64,000 nt of DNA from Prorocentrum cordatum. Its lineage: Eukaryota. Every line of letters begins with the position of its first letter. Within the stretch, counting starts at the first letter, position 1. The DNA is taken from the NCBI GenBank assembly GCA_963575745.1, contig CAUYUJ010000225.1:930001-994000 (forward strand), given 5' to 3'. The position numbers and the translations under genes were made by a program. The notes beneath the pieces are model-generated. The model saw only the letters and a program-made list of their open reading frames with translations, was not told the DNA's origin and made no database searches. Below are positions 25,175 through 34,175 of this stretch, piece by piece.

Positions 25175-25968
25175 TCATCGTCGACTCTCGCGAGGTCCTG
25201 GCCCAGGCCCCAGTCCACCTCCGCCGCCGGGACTGGCGTCGTCACTGCTGTCCGAGTCGGTGCCGTCCGAATCCTTGCCAAGCGATCTTCTTTGGTGTCC
25301 AGGCTCACGTGAGATGACGTACTCGGGGGACCTCGCTTCTTGACCTTGGCCTGGATCTCCCTCGCCATGGGAGGTGTGCTTGGAGTTGCCTTCGGGGGCG
25401 GTCCTGCGCTGCTCGACTGCGCGGACCTTCTCGAAGGAGTAGCCGAACCCAGCAAGGACTTCGCGGAGACGGCGCTGGATGGCATCGGACCTTCTGCTGC
25501 TGCCCACGCCTTGATTCTGAGCTTCAGGGCGTCCGCCGTCCCGTCGAACGCGATGCCTGCAGCCTGGCAGAAAGCGATGGCCTCGGGCTTCTTGAGCTTG
25601 CTGAATCCCGACGCCAGCTTTGCCCTGGGGGTCCCCTTCTGGTGTTTTGCCTCCTCGGGCGGTCGAGTGGCTCGCAGGCTTTCCCGCAGGGCTGCACGCG
25701 TCTCGCTTCCCGAGGTATCCACTCCTATGGTCAGCAGCTCCGCGCGCAACTCCGCCTTCGTCATCTGAGTGATCCCCTTCCGAATCGGTCTCACATGAGT
25801 CAACCTCGAGATGATACACTTCCGGTAGCCCATGCTGATCATCACGCCGCGCATGGGTGTCATGAGAGCCTGGGCCGCATTCATCAAGATCTGGGCGAAG
25901 CGCCACCATGCCCGCCGAGGATCTGGTCGCTTCTGAATCTGGCCCGGCATATGCCGTAGAGGGCCCAA
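25063..25968 (-). CDS. Overlapping alternative-frame ORF with two SAP/LEM-like motifs and an acidic tail (up to 301 aa; ATGs at 25950 and 25764)
   Basis: MTKAELRAELLTIGVDTSGSETRAALRESL and SKLKKPEAIAFCQAAGIAFDGTADALKLRIKAW both fit the L-x2-E-L-x6-G-x4-G-x4-L-x2-R-L helix-extension-helix pattern. Ends DDESDESELSEAEAE...FQLVK*. It lies entirely inside the gag-pol frame. Confidence 0.68.
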   Translation of the reverse strand: MGPLRHMPGQIQKRPDPRRAWWRFAQILMNAAQALMTPMRGVMISMGYRKCIISRLTHVRPIRKGITQMTKAELRAELLTIGVDTSGSETRAALRESLRATRPPEEAKHQKGTPRAKLASGFSKLKKPEAIAFCQAAGIAFDGTADALKLRIKAWAAAEGPMPSSAVSAKSLLGSATPSRRSAQSSSAGPPPKATPSTPPMAREIQAKVKKRGPPSTSSHVSLDTKEDRLARIRTAPTRTAVTTPVPAAEVDWGLGQDLARVDDESDESELSEAEAESNAAETDQDKELMNHLDLGFQLVK

Positions 25969-28327
25969 CTGATATGGAACATGAAATTGGACTCATCCTG
26001 AGAGGTTGATTTGAGCCTGGGGCTACGGAAGTCGATGTACACGTTTGACCATCTCGAACTTTTGATTGCTGCTTGTTTTGATACTGCTCTGCATTTTCTC
26101 TGGCTCGACCTCCGCGTTGATAAGTTCGCTCTGCATTGTGATAAGCTCGATCTGCATTTTGATAAGCTCGATCTCCATTCTGGCGATGCTGATATGCTTT
26201 ATCATGCTGTTGCTGCTCCAGGGCTTCGTATTGCTGCTCAATCTCGTGCTGCCGCTGCTCGTTTTTGTAGACCATGAGCGTTTGCTTGATGTCCTGGACC
26301 TGGCCTGGCACTTCTGGATGCTGAGCCTGGCGATAAGACGGCTGACGACCACGATGATGACCTTGACTATGGCATTGAATCTCTGGCGCCGTCTCGTCCA
26401 AGACTGCTCCTGGCGGCGCCACCCAGCCTTCTGCTGGGAACTGAAACAAGTTGAGCAGCGGATGCTGGGAGTCAGCTTCTGTGACCGGCACGGGTGGCAC
26501 ACCCAGCTCCTCGGGAAAACTGAAGGTGCTGGTCCTCGGGTCGTCGCGGATCCCGAGCTGCTTCGCCGCTGGCCTTGAAAAGAGCAGCGGCAGGTCGCCT
26601 GGCACAATGCTGACTCGCAGAACGCCTGAAATACGATGTGAAACACATGTCGGGATCAGCGCTGCAAAGGTGCTCCAGACCGGGTCGCCAGCTCCAAACC
26701 GGAACCGCTCCTTCTCGTCGGCCCGCTGGTACCTCAGGCCACGCGCGCAGCGCCTCAAGAGCGCCGCCCACAGCTTCAGCAGGTTGTGGCCCATCGCGGA
26801 CCTGGTGCAGCCGCTGTCATAGATCGCGAACCCGACGCGCCTCCGCATCTCCTCGAAGGAGGCGAAGATGAACACTGGGAACGAGAGGGCCAGGAAAGAG
26901 TAGAAGCCCGAGCTAGTGTTCGGCTTCTTCTCGCCACTAGGCTTGGGCGCGCTCCTGGCCGTCGTCGTCGTCCTCGAACTCATCGCTGTCATGACCCTGT
27001 GCGGCTCCGCCTCCGCACAGCCGCTGTCATGGATAGCCAACATCGGCCTGCGAGCTCCCGACGAGGGCGGTCCTCCTCCACGGGTCTTGGGGCACTCAGG
27101 GTCGCCCTTCCAGTGCCCTCGCTGGTCGCAGGCCTTGCAGACTGAATTCTTCTTCAAGTCGTCAATCTCCTTCTGCCTCTTGGGGTCTCGTTGAACCTGA
27201 TGCGGTGCTGACGGCGGAGGGTAGCCCCGCTGGATCTTGAAATCCTTCATTTTGAACTTTGCACTCGCGAACTTCATTCGAAACTTATCCTTCTGCTGGA
27301 AACGTTTGTTGCTCTCACGAAAACCTGCCACGTACGCCTCCGCCAGCGCCGCCATGGTCTCATCCTGGTCGTCACCGGGCTCCTGGTCGTCAGCGTCGTC
27401 CTCGAACTCATCCAGGCCCGGGAGGTCGGTAGGGTCTCCACCGTTCGCCAAGAAAGACTCCACGGCTTCGTACTCGTCCTCGTCCAGGTCGTGTAGGTAG
27501 TCCTGGACTGGGTCGTGCACCTCCTCATCGTCGGGCTCGGCGTGCATGGCACGATGTTGTCCACCTCGTGGGGCGAACCTCTGAAACTTCTTAGGCTTGA
27601 ATGTCTGATCTTGTCCGCGGCCGCCTGGTCGGTCGAACTCAGCAACATTTGGGCAATTTCTCTCGGCCGCCGCGGACATCACCTTGAAATCGTAATCGTT
27701 GTTCGCACTGGCCAGCACCATCGCACGTCGATCGCTCGGCAGCCGCAGCTTCTCCAGAAAGAACCATCCGAGCACCATCGCGGGCAACGTCACGGCGAAC
27801 TTGGCCAGGCGATGCACGAGAGTGTTGAACCTCCTCTTGAACGTACGTATCTGCTCCTGGGGCCGCCTTTTGAGCAGGACAAAGAACTCATGCAGCACAT
27901 CTCCTTGTCGCAGTATCTCCTGCTCCTCAAAGCGGTCTTTGAGCTCGAGCATCAGAAACTCGAGCCCTCCTGGCTCGGCGAGCCTCTGCATGTCGATGTC
28001 TTCGACGGCGGCCCAAGCATCATCCTGCAGCCTAGCGTAGAGCGCTGGGCCGCGCCGCTCGGACCTGAGGGAGGTCGCCAGCTGCCAGGCTTCGACGCGC
28101 CGCGAGAAGTCCCGCCAGCCACTCCCGTCGAAGATCGGGATGGGGAGGTTGTCTCGCGTGCCGCCGCCGTCTCTGTCGGCGACTCCGACGGGTGTCTCGG
28201 GCGCCGCCTCGTAGTCTTCCGCCTCCTCGTCATCGAGCTGCTCGAAGTCGTCGTCGTCGTGCCTCTGTGGAGGCGGAGCCCGATCCGCACGGCCACGGTC
28301 GGGAGACCTCCATACGCGAGCCGCCAT
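25175..28327 (-). CDS. gag: Copia Gag-protease part of the polyprotein (1050 aa)
   Basis: Gag N-terminus (PIFDGSGWRDFSRRVEAW...RRGPALYARL), zinc knuckle CKACDQRGHWKGDPEC (~27092-27139), aspartic protease AIYDSGCTRS (~26815), RFRFGAG flap and LPLLFSR. Confidence 0.9.
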   Translation of the reverse strand: MAARVWRSPDRGRADRAPPPQRHDDDDFEQLDDEEAEDYEAAPETPVGVADRDGGGTRDNLPIPIFDGSGWRDFSRRVEAWQLATSLRSERRGPALYARLQDDAWAAVEDIDMQRLAEPGGLEFLMLELKDRFEEQEILRQGDVLHEFFVLLKRRPQEQIRTFKRRFNTLVHRLAKFAVTLPAMVLGWFFLEKLRLPSDRRAMVLASANNDYDFKVMSAAAERNCPNVAEFDRPGGRGQDQTFKPKKFQRFAPRGGQHRAMHAEPDDEEVHDPVQDYLHDLDEDEYEAVESFLANGGDPTDLPGLDEFEDDADDQEPGDDQDETMAALAEAYVAGFRESNKRFQQKDKFRMKFASAKFKMKDFKIQRGYPPPSAPHQVQRDPKRQKEIDDLKKNSVCKACDQRGHWKGDPECPKTRGGGPPSSGARRPMLAIHDSGCAEAEPHRVMTAMSSRTTTTARSAPKPSGEKKPNTSSGFYSFLALSFPVFIFASFEEMRRRVGFAIYDSGCTRSAMGHNLLKLWAALLRRCARGLRYQRADEKERFRFGAGDPVWSTFAALIPTCVSHRISGVLRVSIVPGDLPLLFSRPAAKQLGIRDDPRTSTFSFPEELGVPPVPVTEADSQHPLLNLFQFPAEGWVAPPGAVLDETAPEIQCHSQGHHRGRQPSYRQAQHPEVPGQVQDIKQTLMVYKNEQRQHEIEQQYEALEQQQHDKAYQHRQNGDRAYQNADRAYHNAERTYQRGGRARENAEQYQNKQQSKVRDGQTCTSTSVAPGSNQPLRMSPISCSISVGPSTAYAGPDSEATRSSAGMVALRPDLDECGPGSHDTHARRDDQHGLPEVYHLEVDSCETDSEGDHSDDEGGVARGAADHRSGYLGKRDACSPAGKPASHSTARGGKTPEGDPQGKAGVGIQQAQEARGHRFLPGCRHRVRRDGGRPEAQNQGVGSSRRSDAIQRRLREVLAGFGYSFEKVRAVEQRRTAPEGNSKHTSHGEGDPGQGQEARSPEYVISREPGHQRRSLGKDSDGTDSDSSDDASPGGGGGLGPGPGPRESRR

Positions 28328-28380
28328 GGCGCGCGCTGCAGGTCAGCGCAGAGTGTAAGCGTAGCGCAGACCGAAACACA

Positions 28381-28396
28381 CAAGCTCCGGCTACCA
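28381..28396 (-). promoter_or_regulatory. tRNA primer-binding site, probably initiator tRNA-Met
   Basis: Minus strand reads TGGTAGCCGGAGCTTG one base after the 5' LTR. It is complementary to a tRNA ending ...CCGGCU-A-CCA (U72/A73, as in eukaryotic initiator tRNAs; compare Ty1 TGGTAGCGCC). Confidence 0.8.
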
Positions 28397-28397
28397 A

Positions 28398-28563
28398 TGT
28401 AAATGATGCGTTTTACCTGCAGCGAGGGCTTAACAAAGCCGTGATGCCAAAGGCTGAAAGGTGCACCTGAACGCACAGACAATTTGGGAAGAAACGCCAT
28501 CGGCATGCGAGCGCATACACATGTACACAATATACGCATGTCAACTAAGCTCGCACATTCACA
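28398..28563 (-). repeat. 5' LTR (166 bp)
   Basis: Plus strand tgtaaatgatgcg...gcacattcaca. One mismatch to the other copy (gcacagAcaat vs gcacagGcaat). Confidence 0.95.
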
Positions 28564-29036
28564 CTGCCCGCAGCACGGTTCGTCTCACTTGTAGGCGTGA
28601 GGCTGGTGCTCCTGGTGTCTGTTATGCAATCCAACGTCATGGTGTCCGACTCCGTCGTGCTGTTCACCGTCATGTTACTTATCCCAGATACGCTGCTCAC
28701 AGGCGTACTGCTCGCTGCAACGTTCGTCGCACTCGTGGGCGTGATGCTGGTGTTTGTGCGCGTCGTGCTGCCCAAGGTCGTGGTACTCGACTCCGTCATG
28801 GTGCTCACCGTAGAGATACTGATCCTGGGCGTGCTACCCCTCGACAGCGTACTCTACCCCTCGACAGCGTACTGCTCCCTGCGGTGTTTATCACACTCGC
28901 GGACGTGAGACTGGCGTTGCTTGTACTGGTTGTGTTTCCCATCGTCGTGATGCCCGACTCCGTCGTGCTGCTCGCCGTCCGTGTGTTGCTCCTGGACGCA
29001 TTCTTCGCAGACGTGCTGCTCGCTGCAGTGCTCGTA

Positions 29037-29209
29037 CGGTCGGACCTAAGACAGAAGAACATCCTTCAAGAACATGAGACCCTCCGCCGGCCAAACTGAA
29101 GAACACTCAAGGGTGCCCTCCCCCAGGATGAATGAGAACATGCAACAAACACGAAAAACACTAGGGCACCCCCCCGAGCCGATCTCTCTCTTATACCCTG
29201 GTCCGGCCG
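29037..29209. mobile_element. 173-bp TA-flanked MITE containing a minus-strand GT-AG intron (Introner-like)
   Basis: TA|CGGTCGGACC ... GGTCCGGCCG|TA. Minus-strand donor CCAGG|GTATAAG at 29196 and acceptor TTCTGTCTTAG|G at 29046. Confidence 0.75.
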
Positions 29210-29448
29210 TATCACTCTCGGACGTGTGGCTGGCGATGCTGGCGCCTGCCATGCTGCCCATAAGGTCGTAGTGCTCGCCTCCGTCGGCCTGCCCACCGCC
29301 GTGGCAGTGGCCCAGGACGTGCTGCGCGAAGGCGTACCTGCTCACTGCAATGCTCGTCGCACTCGCAGGCGTGTACGGCTAGTGCTGCTGGCGTCAATAA
29401 TGCTGTGCTGCTCACCGTCGTAATGCCCGACTCCACCGCCGCTCCGTG

Positions 29449-29686
29449 GTTTTCAAAAAAAACGCCCATCTCTGATGCGTGTTGAAGCGGGCCCACCCCC
29501 CCCGCCCCAAAATTCGAAGTTCGGTGCGTGCGTTCGACGCGGGTAAATGCGAGTCGCTTCGACAAAAAGCGCCCACATTTGCAAACCGCGGCCTGCTCGA
29601 TTAGATGAACATTGAAATTGGGGGCGCGGGGGAAGCTCTTGCGCCATCTTCTGATCGTTGTACCTGGGCGTATTTTTCGAAAACGC
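29449..29686. mobile_element. ~238-bp MITE with ~20-bp TIRs
   Basis: gttttcaaaaaaaacgccca vs the reverse complement of tgggcgtatttttcgaaaac. It interrupts the S/T-rich repeat. Confidence 0.65.
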
Positions 29687-31983
29687 CTGTAATACCCGAC
29701 TTCGTCGTGCTGCTCGCCGTCGCAGTACTGGTCCCGGGCGTGCTGCTCGAAGGCGTACTTCTCGCCGTATTGCTCGTCGCACTTGTGGAAATGATGCTGG
29801 TGCTGCTGCTTCCCGTCGTGTTCTGGGCGTCGCTGAGCGTCGGCAAGTGCACGCAAGATCCCGTCGTGCCGCGTGGCACAGCAATGCTCGGCTCGGCCGT
29901 GCTGCACATCGTCGTAAAACGGGTCCCAGACGCGCTGCTAGGGAATGTGACGCCCTCTGCTCTGTCCGTTCCGCGACTCCGGCGGGAGGGAGACGAGGAG
30001 GAGCAGGAGGAAGAGGAAAAAGAGGAAGAGGAGGAGGAGATGGAGGAGGAGGAGGAGGAGGAGGAGGAGGAGGAGGAGGAGGGGGAGGAGGAGGAGGAGG
30101 AGGAGGGGGGGAGGAGGAGGAGGAGGAGGAGGAGGAGGAGGAGGAGGAGGAGGAAGAGGAGGAGGATACGTGTCCCGGCACGAGCGCACACCAGGCGGGG
30201 GGCCGGTGCCCGAGACATAGAGGAATGAGGGTGAGGGAGAGAGCCAACGCCGAGGGCAAAGCATCCCCGAACTGTCCCCTCCCTCCCTCCCTCCATGCCC
30301 TCTCCTCCCTTCCCCCCTCCCCTCCCCTCCCTCCTCCCTCCCTCCCGCCCCCCCCCCTCCCAGCCGCCGGAAACGGGGGGGGGGGGCCGGCGCGAGCCGC
30401 GTGCCCGGAGGCGAGCCGCCCCCGAGCCGCGGCCCCCCGCCGGCGAAGGCGGCCCGCCGAGGGCCGCCGGCCGGCGGATCCCCGGTCGTCCCAGAACCTC
30501 GGCGCCGGAGGGCGGCGGGGGAACAAGGATGGGGGAGGGGAAGAAGGAGGAGGAGGAGGAGGAGGAGGAGGAGGAGGAGGAGGAGGAGGAAGAGGAGAAG
30601 GAGGAGGAGGAGGAGGAGGAGGGGAAGGGCGAGGCCCTGTAACTGCGGGGCTTGGAAGCTGTACGAAAGAAAACATGGCGACAATAAGATGTCCATTGCA
30701 GTGCTCACCTTTTCCGCACGCGATACAGGCGCGCGCCGGCGCTGGAGCCAAACGGCCGCATCACATCCAATTCGAGTCGGGATTGCGCGGGCGGTCGAAC
30801 AGCTCTGGCGAAGAGGGACAAAGGAATAAGGGAACTAAATATGTCCAGTACCCAACGCATTCTAAACTCAGGAGAAATACCCCGTCGCTGTTTGACCCAG
30901 AAGTGCGCGACGCGGCGGGGCGCGAGCTTGCCCTTGTGATGGGTAGCCCCCTCGTGCTCTTAGGAACGGCACTAGAGGAGCTTACGCGCGTGAGTGATAG
31001 TGGCGTTAGTTCTCCCAGCCGCATCTGCGTATGTTGGTGACCTTGGGCCGCGGACGTGATGTCTGAAAGCTTGTCCTAAGATTTCGGCAACGCGATGGCC
31101 CCGGGGCCACGTGATGGGCGAGGACGCCTTGACCTGGTAGATAGGAAAAGGTGATGGATGAAGCAAAACCACGAGGGATGCGCGCGCTTCATGGCACGAT
31201 CGCCTCGAGGTCCACCGCAATCAAAGAGTTGCGGGAGCCACTCCGTCTATACGACTGAAGGACACCTCCTCGCTGGGAGTGCCACGGGCCTCAACCTCCT
31301 CAGCCTCGGCCCTCGGCACTGCCTGCGGGCGAGGGCTGGCCTGGCTCGCCGGCGGCAACCGCGCGAGCCAGGCCAGCCCGTCGGCCAACCGCTGGCGCGC
31401 CGGCGCTTGACCCCCCCCCCTTGCCCCGCCCGTCTTCTCATTATTCTTCTTGCTGGGCATGTCGGCGCCGGTCGCTCGCATGGGCTCGTTTTCGCTCTTG
31501 TCCACGCCCTCGCCCTCGCCTTCATTCGATGCGATCGCTGCGTGCCCGCGGGAGCCGATGGGCGCCATGGCCCCCGCCCTCGCCCGGAACGGGCGCGGCG
31601 CTGAAGGGCGGGGCAGCGTCGGTCTCCAGCTCGAACCGCGAGCAGCGCTGCCCCGCTCGAACTGCGCCTCGTCGCCCTGGGGCAGAGGCGAGTACCTGGG
31701 CGGAGTCCCTAATGAGAAATGCCGACGGGGAGGAGTGCGCGGCGCGCGCCCACCCTGTGGCGCTGGGGAGCGCGATGGCCGCGGCGTCGGCGGCGCTGGC
31801 CTCTTGGGGCCCAGCTGGCTGCTCTTGGTAGAGGGAGAGCCAAGGGCCGACCCATCGAGGGCCAAGAGGGCCTTGCCCGAACGCTGGCCACGAGCCGAGA
31901 TTGGCGAGTGCCCAGAAGCGGCGGCGCTCGGCCCTCCATCGCGCGGCCGGGCGGCGACCCGCCTTGGTCGCCGCGGACTCGCC

Positions 31984-32235
31984 AGTGACTTACCTCCCAC
32001 CCCGGCGCCAGACCAGTGACTTACCAGCGACTTACCCAGCGGCTTGCCTCGCCAACCCCATAAATTCACAAACGGGGAACATGCGATCAAAATGATTCCT
32101 CTTCCAGGGCCAGAGATGAAAAATTGCGAGCACCGCAAGCGCCCCGCCTGTTAATGTATTGGGTGGGCGAGGTAAGTCACCGGGTAAGTCGCTGGTAAGT
32201 CATTGGCAAGGCACTGGGGTGGGAGGCAAGTCACT
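31984..32235. repeat. Foldback element: ~83-bp inverted repeats made of gacttacc subrepeats, ~86-bp spacer
   Basis: 31984-32066 closely matches the reverse complement of 32153-32235. Confidence 0.8.
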
Positions 32236-32650
32236 CGGGCCCGCGGGGCCCCGCGGAGCTGGCAGCCCAGGCCGAGGGGAGCTCGGGCGGGCCGGGGCGG
32301 GCCTGGCGACGGCCCTCCCAGGAGGAATGCCCCCCCCCCCTCCCCCCCCTCATCCTCGGGCGGGGCGCCTCGGGCTCCGCCCCGGCGCCGGGCTCTCGCG
32401 GGGCCGCCGATGGCGGCGGATGCGATGGCAAGGATGGCGACGCCTGGCCCCGTCGCCCCCTCCCGCCTTGCCTCCGTCTGCCCAGGCCAGCGCGCGCGGG
32501 CTGAGTTTTCCCGCGGCGGCCCGCGCTCTGGCACATAACGGATCAGCCCCTCGCTCGTAGGAGGCGGGCCTGCTCTCGTAGAACGGCCGCTGCGAGTGGC
32601 CCGCGGGGAAAGGCGGGGCGCCTGCGCGCGCGGGCTCGAGGGGCCCATGT

Positions 32651-33790
32651 CTAACTCTCGATCTGGCCGCCGTCGGCCGCCACCAGGCGCTGGCACCGCT
32701 TTTTCATGCCCCCGATGCTCTTGCTCACCATGTCCGAGGGAATGCCCTTGGCCGCGCGCTTGAGGCGCCAGATGAAAGCGGCGCGGGCCTCGCGCCTGCC
32801 CGCGGGGAACATGCGCCCCCGCGCGCGCGTGCGCGAGTTCACCTCCCGCCACAGCCAATAGTCGCACACGTTCAGCTGCGGACTGCGGGCAGGGATCTCG
32901 AACTCCTGGACGCCGCCCTTGCTGGCCTTGAAGCAGGACGGGTCGTTGTCCCCGAGGGCGCGGAAGCGCTTCGTCCCCGGGTACTCCGCCTTGAACGCCT
33001 TGAGAATCGGGCCCTCGTAGATCCGCGCGGCCTCGGAAGCATTCCAATTCCCCTGGATCTCCTCCCACGCCAACGCCTTCCCGTTGCCCGCGCCGGCCAA
33101 AATGCGCAGCCCCTTCGCGCCCGTGTTGTACTTCAACTTCGGGTTGGGCTTCCCGTAGCCGGCGCTCAGGCCCTCGCCGGGCGGCGCATGACGCCCCGCG
33201 TGCCCGACTGGGCCACATGGCGACGGGCCTTGCCCGTGAGCAGGACGGGTAAGAACTTCACGTCGGTGCGCACGCGCACGTCCGACTGCCACCACGACAC
33301 GGGCTTCCCCTGATACTTCTCCCCGAACTCGAGGCGGCCCTGGATGTCCTCGTCCGTCAGCAGGGGCTTGTGGCGCATGGCCTAAAAGCGGTACCCCTTC
33401 TCGTGGAGCCTGCGCGAAATGGTGGCCTCCGAGGCCTTTCACCGCGAACTGGTCTTCAGCATGTGCCGAGTCACCTCGTACTCTCCGTTGGCCTTCTCGA
33501 TCAACATCTCCAGGTGGTTGATGAAATTGGCCACTTGAGCATCGCTGAGGACATTATCATGGCCAGTGGTCTTCTTCAGGAAGTTGTCCCTGATGAGGCG
33601 GGTGATGGAGGACTTGTCGCGCTGCAACTTCGCTGCGATGCCACTGGGCGCCATGTCGCCGTTGGTGTGCCACTCCTGGGCCAAGCGAATATCCTCCGCG
33701 GTCGTCGGCGCCCTGGGCAAGGCTGGGCGGCGGGAGCGGCGCGCGGGGATACACGGCCGGGCGGGGCCGCGCACGCGGGTCTTCACGCGG
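32651..33790 (-). pseudogene. Tc1/mariner (IS630 superfamily) transposase relic
   Basis: HTH IAAKLQRDKSSITRLI, linker KPLLTDEDIQGRLEF...W, catalytic-region GDNDP and PARSPQLNVCDYWLW. Split over three frames. Confidence 0.8.
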
Positions 33791-33889
33791 GTCTTAAAGG
33801 AAGGATTGCTGTGCGGATGTATCGGTGCGCACTTCAGCTCAGGGCATTCGGAAAGTGAACGCCTGGCACCGCCACCCCTTGCATTACCG

Positions 33890-34175
33890 AGTTGGCTGCC
33901 GAATCTGCTGTGGGGTCAACCGCCTCGTTGTTCGCATCGGTTGCTGCCTCGTTTGCTACCTGGGGGGCTGCCTCGTTGCTTGCCTCGTTGCTTGCCTCGT
34001 TTGCTGCCTTGTTGGCTGCCTCGCTGGCTGCCTGGTTGGCTGCCTCGGTGTTTGCCTCGTTTGCCGCCTCGTTTGCTGCCTTGTTCGCTGCCTCGTTGGC
34101 AACCTGCTTGGGTGTTTCGTGTGATGCCGCGTCGACTGCCTCATTGGCTGCATCGTTGGCCACTTGGGCAACGAC
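33890..34175. repeat. 12-bp minisatellite (gctgcctcgttn)
   Basis: Translates as (EAAN)n on the minus strand. Confidence 0.8.

Larger units (their letters stand above)
20397..28563 (-). mobile_element. Full-length Ty1/copia LTR retrotransposon encoding a DNMT-like domain (8167 bp)
   Basis: Two 166-bp direct repeats with TG...CA ends (20397-20562, 28398-28563) and a 5-bp TSD CTGCC (20392-20396, 28564-28568). PBS next to the right LTR. Domain order Gag-PR-DNMT-INT-RT-RNaseH; INT before RT is the copia order. Confidence 0.96.
19330..29945 (-). pseudogene. Degenerate Ser/Thr-rich (mucin-like) repeat coding region split by the copia and two MITEs
   Basis: The same repeat (e.g. TSATSNTARSTPSSSTPGTSTATASSTTKSGIT) occurs on both sides of the copia (19860-20396 and 28569-29940). 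Several frameshifts. Hydrophobic segments at 19330-19600. Confidence 0.5.

Noticed and set aside
20687..28402. Plus-strand ORFs inside the copia element
   Set aside because: Antisense shadows with no recognisable motifs.
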